A DNA stretch of 64,000 bases from Candidatus Latescibacterota bacterium. Lineage in GTDB: Bacteria > Latescibacterota > UBA2968 > GCA-2709665. Made by a program: the position numbers and the translations under genes. Each line of letters opens with the position of its first letter. Position 1 is the stretch's first letter. The notes under the pieces were generated by a model. The model searched no databases. It was not told the DNA's origin and worked only from the letters and a program-made list of their open reading frames with translations. The stretch lies in contig OZ244744.1 in assembly GCA_965219455.1 (NCBI GenBank), forward strand, positions 1,440,001-1,504,000. Direction: 5' to 3'. Below are positions 9,701-18,890 of this stretch, in pieces.

Positions 9701-12700
9701 CGGTCGGGCCTGAGCTGGTCTGCGGGGCAGACCGTCACGATTCGTGTGCGCCCGCGGACGCTGAGCGTCGCGGATGCCTCGGACGCCGAGAACGATGGGG
9801 AAGTGGAATTCACGGTGACGCTGTCGGAAGCGGCCGCAGAGGAGGTGACGGCGACCTGGACGGCCTCGATCAAGTTCGGCGACACGGCGGCCGCGGCGGA
9901 CCTCGGGTCGACGAAGACGGGGACGGTGACCGTCGCGATCGGCGACAGGACGCAAACGTTTACGGTGCCGGTGGTGAACGACGCCAGCGACGAGGGCGAC
10001 GAGACCTTCACGGTGACGCTGTCGAGCCCGTCGACGAACGCGAAGCTGGAGACGGACCCGACGGCGAAGGGAACCATCGAGGACGACGACCCGACGCCGA
10101 CCGTGACGGTGGCCAACGCGTCGGCGACCGAGGGTGACGCGGTGGAGTTCGTGGTGACGCTGTCGGCGGTGAGCGGCCGCGACGTGATGGTGGACTACGC
10201 GACGTCGGTGGCGACCGGAGACGACGCCACCGCGGGCGTGGACTTCACGACGAAGAGCGGCACGCTGACCATCGCGGCGGCCGACAATACCGCCACCGGG
10301 ACGATCGAGGTCCAGACGACGGACGACGACGCGAGCGAGAGCGCCGAGACCTTCACGCTGACGATTTCAAACCCGGATAACGCGACGCTGACCACGGACA
10401 CCACCGCGACGGGCACGATCAACAACCGGGCGACGGCGGCGGCGGAACTGGTCGGCAACACTACGCAAACCACTACCTTCGAGCAGACCACCGTTGGATC
10501 AATCAGCTTCGCTGTCGGTTTTCAGACTGGCGATGACACTGGCGGCTACGCGCTCACCGCGCTCGATTTGATGTTTAGCGCCAAGCCGGTCGTTCCCGTT
10601 ACGGTGTCTCTTTGGGACGGGTATCGACCAGGTGGTAATGATGCTGGAGATGATGATTGGCGACCGAATAATAAATATTTCGAGTTCGATAATCCAGCGG
10701 CATTCAAAGACGGTAACAACCAAATCAACAGCTTCACTCCGCCCGAGCCCTTTTACCTGCACGACGATCGGGTCTACTTCGTGGTCATCGAATCAGATGG
10801 CTCGGGCAGCACGGAATATTACATAACGAACACTGACGCGGACGGTCAAAGCCGCGTTGACAGCAACTGGTGGATCCTTAACTCAGCCGTGCGATACCAA
10901 GATCCAAGCAACCCCGACGACCCGTGGCCGGACTCCGTCACGCAAACCCCGACGCGGATTCCTGTCTTCACGATCCACGGCTACGATCTCGACCGGCTTA
11001 CCTACACCACCAGTGAGAGTGATCAGGACAACTTTAAGGTGGGTGAAGACAACTATAACTGGTGGGCTCAGAGTTTTAATGTCATCCAGGGGGCTGACAG
11101 CTTCATCGGCTTCAAACTGCACAGCGTTGCATTGGCCCTTGAATACATTGCATCCGCCGACTCAGGTATACCGGACAGCCCGGACGAAATCAGCGTGTCG
11201 CTTTACACCGGAAAACAAGAAGGAGGCCCATCAAGCGATCCGGTTCCCGACGAAAAATTGTTCGACTTTCGCGATCCACCGGCGTTCAGAGAAGGCCATG
11301 ACAACGCATTCACGGCGCCGGAAGGAACGACGCTCAGACCACAGGGGAGGTATGCGATCGTAATCCAACGTCACAGTGGCGGTTGGATACGACTCCGGAA
11401 CACAGCCAGCAACGACCAGGATGGGAACAGTAACATCTTTGTGGCCAATGAGTCACAGAAGTCCAGGGACGGAACAAACTGGAGTGGCGAGAATTGGGTG
11501 GTGAAGATGCTCGTTTACGGCAAACAGCGCACCGAAGCGATACCTCTCTCGACCGGCCCAACGACGCTGAGCGGGCTGTCGCTGGGCACGGGGGTGACGC
11601 TGAGCCCGGCCTTCGCCTCGGGCACGGTCACCTACACGGCGTCGGTCGCCAACAGCGTCGACGAGGTGACGGTGACGCCGACGACGAACCACGCCAGCGC
11701 GACGGTCGAGATTCTAGACACGGACGACAACGAGCTCGACGACGCGGACGACATGGAGGACGACTTCCAGGTGGCGCTGTCGGTGGGCGACACCGTCATC
11801 AAGGTGAAGGTGACGGCCGAGGGCAGCACCTCGACGCAGACCTACACGGTGACCGTGACGCGCGACGACTTTCCCAACGACAACAACACCACCGGCGAGG
11901 TCGAGGTGGGCGGCACAGTAACGGGCAACATCGGGACGGTCGGCGACTACGACCGGTTCAAAGTGGAACTGGAGGCGGGTACGCGATACCAGTTGGATCT
12001 GGAGGGCGCGGACACCGGCCGCGGCACCCTGGCGGACCCGCACCTGGGCCTCTACGACAATATCGGGAGCCACCTTCAGGGTGACAACGGCCAACAGGGC
12101 GACGACAACAGCGGCGTCGGCGCCAACGCCCGGATGATCTACACCCCGGACGCGTCCGGCGACTTCTACCCAGTGGTGACCGAAATCAATGACAATCTTA
12201 CAGGCACCTACACGCTGTCGGTGATCGTGCTGGGCGCGAACGGCGTCTCGGAGGCCGACACGGACTTTCCCGCCGGCAACACGACCTCTGGCCGCGTCGA
12301 GGTCGGCGCATCGGCCACGGGCAACATCGCCAGCACATCGGATCAAGACTGGTTCCGCGTCGATCTGGAGGCCGGCAAGGTCTACCAGATCGACCTGGAG
12401 GGTGCGGCGACCGGCCGCGGCAGCTTGTTAGACCCGTACCTGAGGCTCTTGGACGGGTCCGGAAACCTCATCGAGAACCACGACGACATCAGCACCGCGA
12501 ACCTAAACAGCCAGTTGGTCTTCACGCCGACCGCGGCCGGCACCTACTACCTGGTTGTCAAGACCTCCGGCCCCACTACTGGCACCTACACGCTGTCGGT
12601 GCGTGACACGGCGACGCCCGACGATCCCCCGGACGATTCCGGCAATGTCCCGGAGCCCGTCACCGACCTCCTGAGCAACCTCGGGCAAGCCACCAACACG

Positions 12701-13918
12701 AATTTTGCACTAGCCATTGGCACTTTTGAGAACGCCCAGGGGTTCACCACCGGCTCAGGTAGCCATGGATACTTCCTGGCCAGCATCAAATTGGATGTGA
12801 ACGCGGTCCCCAGAACCCCGGCCGACGTCACGGTCTCGCTGTGGTCCGCGACCAGCGACTCCCCACCGGAGCCCGACGCCGCGGTCGCCACGCTGACGCA
12901 TTCCACGGGTACCTGGGCCACCGGCGTCAACACGTTCAACGCCCCAGGGGGCACGGTACTGGACCCCGGCACGACGTACTTTGTGGTTGCGTCCTACAGC
13001 GGCGCTCGGGCGCATCTCGGCCTACGCCCAACGGCTTCAGGTTCCGCTGACGACAATTCGACGGGATGGAGCGTCGCCGGTGCGCGGCTAACCCGTAATC
13101 GCACCGACGTAGGCGATTGGTTGAGACGAGGCGGCGAGTATACAAAGTTCAGCGTCAGCGGCGCGGCCGTCCACGCGCAAGGGGTCGCCGAGGGCGCCAC
13201 CGACCTGCCCGCCGACACCTCCACCGGCGGCGTGGTCGAGGTGGACGGGTTCGGGGCCAGGGGCGCCATCTACAAACCGATCCATAGGCCAGATAACTAC
13301 CACGACTTCGACACCGACTGGTTCGCGGTGGAGCTGGAGGCGGGCAAGACCTACCGGATCGACATGAAGGGCGCGATTCTCGTCGCCCCCGGCACCTACG
13401 CCGACGACGAGCTCACCCTGTTCCTCCCGCAGATCAACGCGATCTACGATGCGGACGGGGGCTACCTGTTCAACACGTGGTCCCGCGACGAATCAAGCGC
13501 CCACCACCTGTTCCGTGTGACGTTTCACGCCCATGCCGGTGGCACCTATTACATCGCGGCGAGCGGCGAGTCGTTCGAGTGGGGCGGCTACGAGCTGACG
13601 GTGATACTCGCCCCGGGGTCCAAGCCGGCGCTCGCGGACGGGCCGCCGGGCCTGGCGCCGAATGCGCCCAACCCCTTCAACGCCAGCACCCTCATTCCCT
13701 ACCGCCTGGATGCGTCCGGACCGGTGCGCCTGGAGATCTACAACCTCCTCGGGCAGTCCATTCGCACCCTGGTGGACGAGGTGCAGGCCGCCGCCGCCTA
13801 CCGGGTGTCCTGGGACGCCCGCGACGCAGCGGGGCGGCGCGTGTCCTCGGGGGTGTACTTCATCCGCCTGCACTATCCGGGCGGCGTGCAGACCCGGCGC
13901 ATGCTCTACCTCGAGTAG
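6737..13918 (+). CDS. 2393-aa secreted modular protein: signal peptide, 2x FN3, multiple PPC-like domains, 2x cadherin-like beta sandwich, 2x Calx-beta, choice-of-anchor-R-like domains, C-terminal FlgD-Ig-like domain
   Basis: GAAGGAG-ATG; motifs DATLSGLSL...LSPAF...YTASV, EGDETFTVTLS, ASATEGDAVEFVVTLS, LLSNLGQ...AQGFTTGS..GYFLASI; PNPFN C-terminus. Confidence 0.88.
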   Translation: MMIRTGRRRFSILFAAIAALALLFPVQAQEGSAPAKPRGLSATASHDQVVLTWDDPGDDSITGYVILRRNRQTDRKGEFRELVPDTGTAATSYTDDRVAAGTPYTYRIKAINKHGVSERSRWFHVDTPAAPERPDKPRGLDATATHDQVVLTWDDPGDDSITGYVILRRVRVNNTGGEFSELVEDTGTAATTYTDATVKANTTYTYRIKAINKHGVSERSRWFHIDTPAAPEAVEGDAPDEQDGGAPGHATPPGPGGRANVSEGNTDLPEGTTTTGEVDVGGSVTGNVDRDADVDWFRVELEADTRYQFDVEGADTGRGNLADPFLWGLYDAGGQAISGARSNDGGVGKNGRVIYTPTADGTYYIAVSGTATTTGTYTLSVIVLGANGVSEADTDFPATTATTGRVDVGASVTGTISNADYDYFRVDLEAGKTYQFDLEGADSGRGTLVDPFLSLYDGSATFLLADDDSGTNLNSQMVYNAASAGAHYLRATTGAANLTGTYTLSVGGETPMLSTDATLSGLSLGTGVTLSPAFASGTVTYTASVANSVDEVTVTPTTNHASATVEILDTDDMEDDFQVALSVGDTVIKVKVTAEDGTSTQTYTVTVTRDDFPNDNNTTGEVEVGGTVTGNIGTVGDYDRFKVELEAGTRYQLDLEGADTDRGTLADPHLGLYDAIGSHLQGDNGQRGDDNSGVGVNARMIYTPAASGDFYPVVTEINDNRTGTYTLSVIVLGANGASEADTDFPADNTTSGRVEVGASATGNIGIANDYDWFRVDLEAGKTYQIDLKGIGGGGGTLENPYLLNIRDSSGTEIDGTENDDVDPSNDIYDSQTVYTPTAAGTYYLVAVSGVTGGTGTYTLSVRDITTPPCTLNTGDIWCGAVTVAEIKTADDALVGHGFVDGGGLSAGSLAGYPDETVFSVGDNDYTIQGAYIQVPTAEHLTGTLSVVLTADLTDDDKAGLLLPVDGTTTPFEFSDAAKGGTTGLYSWGRSGLSWSAGQTVTIRVRPRTLSVADASDAENDGEVEFTVTLSEAAAEEVTATWTASIKFGDTAAAADLGSTKTGTVTVAIGDRTQTFTVPVVNDASDEGDETFTVTLSSPSTNAKLETDPTAKGTIEDDDPTPTVTVANASATEGDAVEFVVTLSAVSGRDVMVDYATSVATGDDATAGVDFTTKSGTLTIAAADNTATGTIEVQTTDDDASESAETFTLTISNPDNATLTTDTTATGTINNRATAAAELVGNTTQTTTFEQTTVGSISFAVGFQTGDDTGGYALTALDLMFSAKPVVPVTVSLWDGYRPGGNDAGDDDWRPNNKYFEFDNPAAFKDGNNQINSFTPPEPFYLHDDRVYFVVIESDGSGSTEYYITNTDADGQSRVDSNWWILNSAVRYQDPSNPDDPWPDSVTQTPTRIPVFTIHGYDLDRLTYTTSESDQDNFKVGEDNYNWWAQSFNVIQGADSFIGFKLHSVALALEYIASADSGIPDSPDEISVSLYTGKQEGGPSSDPVPDEKLFDFRDPPAFREGHDNAFTAPEGTTLRPQGRYAIVIQRHSGGWIRLRNTASNDQDGNSNIFVANESQKSRDGTNWSGENWVVKMLVYGKQRTEAIPLSTGPTTLSGLSLGTGVTLSPAFASGTVTYTASVANSVDEVTVTPTTNHASATVEILDTDDNELDDADDMEDDFQVALSVGDTVIKVKVTAEGSTSTQTYTVTVTRDDFPNDNNTTGEVEVGGTVTGNIGTVGDYDRFKVELEAGTRYQLDLEGADTGRGTLADPHLGLYDNIGSHLQGDNGQQGDDNSGVGANARMIYTPDASGDFYPVVTEINDNLTGTYTLSVIVLGANGVSEADTDFPAGNTTSGRVEVGASATGNIASTSDQDWFRVDLEAGKVYQIDLEGAATGRGSLLDPYLRLLDGSGNLIENHDDISTANLNSQLVFTPTAAGTYYLVVKTSGPTTGTYTLSVRDTATPDDPPDDSGNVPEPVTDLLSNLGQATNTNFALAIGTFENAQGFTTGSGSHGYFLASIKLDVNAVPRTPADVTVSLWSATSDSPPEPDAAVATLTHSTGTWATGVNTFNAPGGTVLDPGTTYFVVASYSGARAHLGLRPTASGSADDNSTGWSVAGARLTRNRTDVGDWLRRGGEYTKFSVSGAAVHAQGVAEGATDLPADTSTGGVVEVDGFGARGAIYKPIHRPDNYHDFDTDWFAVELEAGKTYRIDMKGAILVAPGTYADDELTLFLPQINAIYDADGGYLFNTWSRDESSAHHLFRVTFHAHAGGTYYIAASGESFEWGGYELTVILAPGSKPALADGPPGLAPNAPNPFNASTLIPYRLDASGPVRLEIYNLLGQSIRTLVDEVQAAAAYRVSWDARDAAGRRVSSGVYFIRLHYPGGVQTRRMLYLE

Positions 13919-13938
13919 GCCCGGCATGGAGATCGCCG
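13642..13938 (+). repeat. Copy 3 of the shared C-terminal sorting domain
   Basis: Aligns with copies 1 and 2; diverges after ATGGAGATCGCCG. Confidence 0.88.
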
Positions 13939-14150
13939 GAGAAGCACCCGGTGTCTCCCCCGGCATCGGACGCCTTTTCATGCGCCCGTAGCGCACGGTA
14001 GGATGGGACTCGTGCGGAACAGAAAACTCGTTGCATCGCAATGATTTTTCCGGGAGCACCCATGTTTCGGGTTGTCTGACCGAGGCGTTTTGTTTTAATT
14101 CTGGCTGTTCTGAGAAATCCAATTTCACAGCCTTATCAAAGGAGCGTACA

Positions 14151-16676
14151 ATGCAACGCAAACATCGTCTTTTGTCTCTTTTACTCGGCACGGCCGCCAT
14201 GCTCGTTCCGTATGAACCCGCCGTGTCGCAGGAAACGCCGCGTTCCGAAAGCACGGATACGACGTCTGTCCTCGACCAGGTGATCGTCCTCGAAGAATTG
14301 GTGGTCATCGGCTCCCGGGCAAAACCGCGTTCCGTCATCGAATCGGCCGTTCCCGTCGACGTGGTCAGCGGCGCACAGATCGTCAAACAAGGCGAAGCCG
14401 ATCTGCAGAATCTGGTGAGAACGGTTGTGCCTTCCTTCAATGTCAACACCCAGCCCATCAGTGACGCCTCCACTCTCGTACGTCCTGCCAATCTGCGCGG
14501 CCTCGCGCCCGACCACACGCTGGTCCTCATCAACGGCAAACGCCGCCACCGCAGCTCTCTCGTCGTTTGGCACGGCAATGGCGTATCGGACGGCGCGCAA
14601 GGGGCCGACATATCGGTCATTCCGGCGATTGCCCTGAAACAGGTGGAAGTCCTGCGCGACGGCGCCTCCGCACAATACGGTTCCGACGCCATTGCCGGCG
14701 TGATGAGTTTCCAGCTCAAAGAACACTACCGGGGCGGCTCAATTGAAATCAAGCCCGGTATCTACCAGGCAGGCGATGGTCTTACGTACAGTTTCGCCGG
14801 CAATATCGGCCTGGGAAGAGAAAATGCGTGGGCAAACCTCAGCCTGGAATATGGCAACGCGGATGATACCGATCGATCTGCGCAACGCGACGACGCCAAG
14901 GCGCTCATTGCCGCCGGCAATACCGACGTGGCGGATCCCGCCCAGGTCTGGGGTTCGCCCATCATCAGGAATGACCTTAAATTCTTTGCCAACTACGGCG
15001 GAAACCTGTCGGAACACGCCAAATTCTACGGCTATGCCAACTATGCGAGCAAAGAAGTGGAAGGCGGATTCTTCTTCAGAAATCCCAATACGCGCGGGGG
15101 CGTCTTCAGTGCCGATGGCGGTGAGACATTGCTCGTGGGCAAATTGGACCCCGATGCGCCCGATCCTCCCGTAGTCGCCATAACCGACAACGTGGCGGAT
15201 CCGGACGCGCTCCAACAGGTTTTAGATAATAAAGACGACTATTTCACGTTCCGCGAACGCTTTCCCGGCGGTTTTACCCCCCGATTCGGCGGCACCGCCG
15301 CCGATCAGGCCCTTCTCGCGGGGGTTAAGGGCACCCATTTCGACCCGCTCTGGACATGGGACCTCAGTGCGTATTACGGGAGTCACGAAGCCGACTTCGT
15401 GATCAAGAACACGGTGAATGCCTCTTTGGGACGCAATACCCCCACGGAATTCGATCCCGGAGGCTATATCCAGAAAGACCTCAATTTTAACCTCGACCTT
15501 ACGTTTCCTGTAAGCGATCAGGTCTTCCTGGCTGCCGGTCTCGAATACAGAAATGAGAAATACGAAGTTGTGCGGGGACAACCCGAGTCCTATCAGATAG
15601 GCCCCCTGGCCCCTCAGGGATTCAGTGCTGCGTCCAATGGATTTTCCGGCTTCAGCGATATTGCCGCCGGCGACTGGAGCCGGTCCAATTACGCGGCTTA
15701 TGGGGATGCCGAAATTACCCCGTCGGACAATTGGCTGCTTGGTCTCGCGCTGCGCTATGAAAACTTCAGTGACTTCGGTTCGACCCTCAACTACAAGGCG
15801 GCTACCCACTTCGGCATCACGGAAGAGCTGAAATTGCGCGGCAGTTTCAGCACCTGCTTCAGAGCGCCCACGCCCGGTCAACAGAATTCTTTTAACGTAT
15901 CGACCCGATTCGATCCCGCGTTGAACGACCTGGTCAACATAGGCACCATTCCATCGACCCACGCCGCCTCGGAACTGGTGGGCGGCAAGCCTCTCGACCC
16001 TGAAAAGTCGAGCAACTTCACGGCCGGCTTCATCGTGGACAGGGCAAACTTCAGTTTGACCGTCGATTATTTTCAGATTCACCTGAAGGACCGCCTGGGT
16101 ATTTCAGCGGACTACTCTCTGACCGATGCCCAGCGCGACCCATTGATCGCTTCGGGCATTACCAGCGCCAGAAACATCCAGACCTTCCGTTTCTTCATCA
16201 ACGACTTCGAAACCAGAACCCGCGGCGTCGACGTCGTTTTTGTCGCACCCGCGGGCAATGGCGATGTCAGCCTTGTTTACAACTTCACGGACACGGAAGT
16301 AACCAGGCTCACCGAAACATTGAGCGAGACTCGCGTGCGGCAACTGGAGGAGGCACTTCCCGAAAGCCGTGCCAACGCGACCCTGACGCAGTCTTTCAAC
16401 GACATGTGGGATTCCCTGGTTCGCATGAGCTATTACGATTCCTGGTGGGACAGGGATAACGATCAGACCTATCCCGCCGTGTGGCCGTTGTTCGATATCG
16501 AAACCAGTATCGAACTGAATGCAGAAGTGCGGATCACGCTTGGCTCCCGCAATGTTCTCAATACCTTTCCCGAAGAGAACAAGAACAAAGGTTCCGTGGG
16601 TGAAAAGTACAGCGAGTACACCCCATTTGGTTTCAATGGGGCATTCTGGTACACAAAAGTCCGATACGCCTTTTGA
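14151..16676 (+). CDS. TonB-dependent outer membrane receptor
   Basis: AAAGGAG-ATG at 14151; signal peptide; LEELVVIGSR TonB-box region; plug motifs LRGL..DHTLVLINGKRRH and VEVLRDGASAQYGSDAIAGV; LDPEKS; C-terminal Phe. Confidence 0.92.
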   Translation: MQRKHRLLSLLLGTAAMLVPYEPAVSQETPRSESTDTTSVLDQVIVLEELVVIGSRAKPRSVIESAVPVDVVSGAQIVKQGEADLQNLVRTVVPSFNVNTQPISDASTLVRPANLRGLAPDHTLVLINGKRRHRSSLVVWHGNGVSDGAQGADISVIPAIALKQVEVLRDGASAQYGSDAIAGVMSFQLKEHYRGGSIEIKPGIYQAGDGLTYSFAGNIGLGRENAWANLSLEYGNADDTDRSAQRDDAKALIAAGNTDVADPAQVWGSPIIRNDLKFFANYGGNLSEHAKFYGYANYASKEVEGGFFFRNPNTRGGVFSADGGETLLVGKLDPDAPDPPVVAITDNVADPDALQQVLDNKDDYFTFRERFPGGFTPRFGGTAADQALLAGVKGTHFDPLWTWDLSAYYGSHEADFVIKNTVNASLGRNTPTEFDPGGYIQKDLNFNLDLTFPVSDQVFLAAGLEYRNEKYEVVRGQPESYQIGPLAPQGFSAASNGFSGFSDIAAGDWSRSNYAAYGDAEITPSDNWLLGLALRYENFSDFGSTLNYKAATHFGITEELKLRGSFSTCFRAPTPGQQNSFNVSTRFDPALNDLVNIGTIPSTHAASELVGGKPLDPEKSSNFTAGFIVDRANFSLTVDYFQIHLKDRLGISADYSLTDAQRDPLIASGITSARNIQTFRFFINDFETRTRGVDVVFVAPAGNGDVSLVYNFTDTEVTRLTETLSETRVRQLEEALPESRANATLTQSFNDMWDSLVRMSYYDSWWDRDNDQTYPAVWPLFDIETSIELNAEVRITLGSRNVLNTFPEENKNKGSVGEKYSEYTPFGFNGAFWYTKVRYAF

Positions 16677-16730
16677 CTCCCTGGTATAAACCCCACGTTG
16701 GGAGACTTCAGTGACAAGGCTGTTTGCCTT

Positions 16731-16810
16731 AGCAGCCCGTTGAAAAAGTCCATCCGGTCTGCGGCCGGCTCTTGTGGCCGAATTGATATCGCCGCTGTTT
16801 CCAGACTGCT
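16731..16810. repeat. Possible degenerate miniature inverted-repeat element
   Basis: AGCAGCCCGTTGAAAAAG ... CTGTTTCCAGACTGCT form imperfect inverted ends resembling IS-derived MITE termini. Confidence 0.35.
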
Positions 16811-16931
16811 TTTTCGGACGGGTTGTGGTGCGGCCTGTCTGTTTCCGCCCTTGCGATGGTCATCGAACGGCTCTTCCACATCCGATCTTATCATCGGCGG
16901 CCCCGGCGACCGGCGCCATGACTGCCGTAAT

Positions 16932-17558
16932 TCACCACACGGCCGGATGGCTGCCGGACAGGATGAGCGGCCGGCTGGATTCGGAACGGTACTGCGCCGG
17001 GGTAATCAGTTTGTCTTTCTGGAGATCCAGCAGGAGGCGGTTCCGAAGTTCCAGGGCTTGTTCCGGGTCGTTTACCGGTACCGGCGCATCGGGAAAACGG
17101 GCAAGATGGAAAAGCATGATCGCTTCTCCCGTGGTCAGCCGGCCCGGAGATACGCCGAAATAGGCGCGGGCGGCACGCTTAAAACCCCGCACGAAGGTAT
17201 TTCGAGGCAGGGCGAACGGAGTCCGGTCGAAAAAGAAAGCCAGCAGGCTTTCTTTTTCGTATTTAAGGGAGAGCAGGAGGGCGAAGCCGGTCCGCCTCAA
17301 TCCACCTGAAGGATCCGAACGGCCCGGCGGAACGAGTTGCTCTGCTAGCAAACCGGCCAGTTCGGAGGTGGATAACGAGTCCGCGACGCTGGTCAGGATG
17401 GACGGCAGATCGGATTTCGCGGGGTTCTCCGGCCGGGACCCGAGGAGCTGGTCCAGTTCCCGCGAATACCCGGTGAGGACGACGCCGATGAGCACGGCCA
17501 CGGCCGCCGCCGGAATCAGGACCCGCGGAACGGATCGGACAGAGAGTCCTGCCATCAT
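16932..17558 (-). CDS. Membrane-anchored protein with a partial, probably non-catalytic transglycosylase (GT51)-like domain
   Basis: ATG overlaps upstream TGA (ATGA); N-terminal TM helix; LSLKYEKESLL, GFKRAARAYFG...LTTGEAIML and RNRLL resemble later GT51 motifs; no EDxxF..H motif seen. Confidence 0.6.
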   Translation of the reverse strand: MMAGLSVRSVPRVLIPAAAVAVLIGVVLTGYSRELDQLLGSRPENPAKSDLPSILTSVADSLSTSELAGLLAEQLVPPGRSDPSGGLRRTGFALLLSLKYEKESLLAFFFDRTPFALPRNTFVRGFKRAARAYFGVSPGRLTTGEAIMLFHLARFPDAPVPVNDPEQALELRNRLLLDLQKDKLITPAQYRSESSRPLILSGSHPAVW

Positions 17559-18865
17559 CCCTGCTCCAGAATCCAGTCCGCCACGGCGGCGAGATCGTCC
17601 GCGACAAAGTCCACGGTACCGCGCGATATGGACGAGAGTGCATCCCGGCCGGAACCCGTCTTCACAAGGATGTTCGCGCGGCAGCCGGCGTTGCGCCCGG
17701 CATAGACGTCGCTTGTTCGATCGCCGACCATGAAACACGCGGACAGGTCGAGGTTGAGGTCGTCGGCCGCGGCAATCAACATCGCGGGATTGGGTTTGGT
17801 CTCCGGCGTGTCGGTTCGATGTTGCGGAAGCACGGCGCCTGGGCTGCCATATCGGCAGTAGACCCCGTCCAGTTCCACGCCGGAAGATCCGAGCAGGGCG
17901 GCCATGCGGTCGTTCACGGCGCCTACGGTTTCGGTGGTGACGTAACCCTGGCCTACGGCGGTCTGATTCGAAACAACGACGAGGGCGTAACCCGCACGCA
18001 TCAATTTCGAAAGGGATTCCGCCGCGCCGGGAAGCAGGCTGAATCCCTCCGGACCGGTGCGATAAGCGGGCTCGGGGCTGATCGTTCCGTCCCGGTCCAG
18101 AAACACGGCGCTGCCTTTACCCGCAACCGGCGAACGCAGGTCGTGTTCGGTTTGGGAAATACCGGTCTCATCCAGGGTGTAGATACGAAACGGATGGGGC
18201 GGTTCCCCGAACGCGGGGGCATTGGCGAAGTGGACGTGGCCTTCGCGGAAGAGGCTGTCGCCTTTGTGATAGTGTCCGCTCAGCACGAGGCGGACGCGGC
18301 TGTCGGCCAGAAGCGCCGCCTTGAGGCTTCCGGCCTCGCGGTAAGCGTGGGGATAGCCGCCCGTACGCCCGGGCGCAACGAGGTAGTGCTGGAGGTGGAT
18401 CTGCGGGCGCGGATCGTCGTCGTTCAGCGCGGCGAGAAACCGTTCGCGCTGCGCCCCCATGCGCTGTGGAAAGTGGTCTTCCACTTCGTCGTCTAAAAAG
18501 ATCAGGACCCGATGGACCCCGACATGGAAGTCCACGGGCAGGTCGCCGAAGACGCTGTGAAAGGATCCCGGATGGTCGTGGTTGCCGTAGAGCCAGGCGA
18601 CCGGACAGGTCAGCGGCGCGAAGCATTCCCGGACAAGATGGAGGTCCCTCACGCTGAGGGCGATAAGTTCCGGATCGTGCATCCCGTAAAAGGGATGGTC
18701 CACCAGGTCGCCGGTGACCACGACGAGATCGGGAGATTCCGCGCGAATGCGTTCCACCGCCTGTGATATGAGGCCAGGCATGCGCCGGCTCAGGCGTTGG
18801 GATATCGTGGAAGTACCCGGAAGATGATGGCGGAGATGGAAGTCGGAAATGTGGGCGATTTTCAT
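17555..18865 (-). CDS. Fusion of calcineurin-like metallophosphoesterase and GmhB/HisB-type HAD phosphatase
   Basis: N-terminal SDFH, TGDLVD, GNHD, SGHYH; C-terminal FLDRDGTI, VVSNQ, KPNPAM, MVGDRTSD, GRNAGC. Confidence 0.85.
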   Translation of the reverse strand: MKIAHISDFHLRHHLPGTSTISQRLSRRMPGLISQAVERIRAESPDLVVVTGDLVDHPFYGMHDPELIALSVRDLHLVRECFAPLTCPVAWLYGNHDHPGSFHSVFGDLPVDFHVGVHRVLIFLDDEVEDHFPQRMGAQRERFLAALNDDDPRPQIHLQHYLVAPGRTGGYPHAYREAGSLKAALLADSRVRLVLSGHYHKGDSLFREGHVHFANAPAFGEPPHPFRIYTLDETGISQTEHDLRSPVAGKGSAVFLDRDGTISPEPAYRTGPEGFSLLPGAAESLSKLMRAGYALVVVSNQTAVGQGYVTTETVGAVNDRMAALLGSSGVELDGVYCRYGSPGAVLPQHRTDTPETKPNPAMLIAAADDLNLDLSACFMVGDRTSDVYAGRNAGCRANILVKTGSGRDALSSISRGTVDFVADDLAAVADWILEQG

Positions 18866-18890
18866 TAAAACGTCCACGGGAAAAAAGTGA

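Noticed and set aside
327-13303. Many reverse-strand and alternate-frame ORFs over the giant genes, some over 400 aa
   Set aside because: Shadow ORFs expected from high-GC repetitive coding sequence; no recognisable motifs.
1-13938. Diversity-generating retroelement acting on the repeated C-termini
   Set aside because: No reverse transcriptase in the window, and differences between copies are not obviously adenine-specific.
15844-15870. FSTCFRAP instead of the usual STGFRAP in the TonB receptor
   Set aside because: Single substitution that could be drift or sequencing error; no further support.
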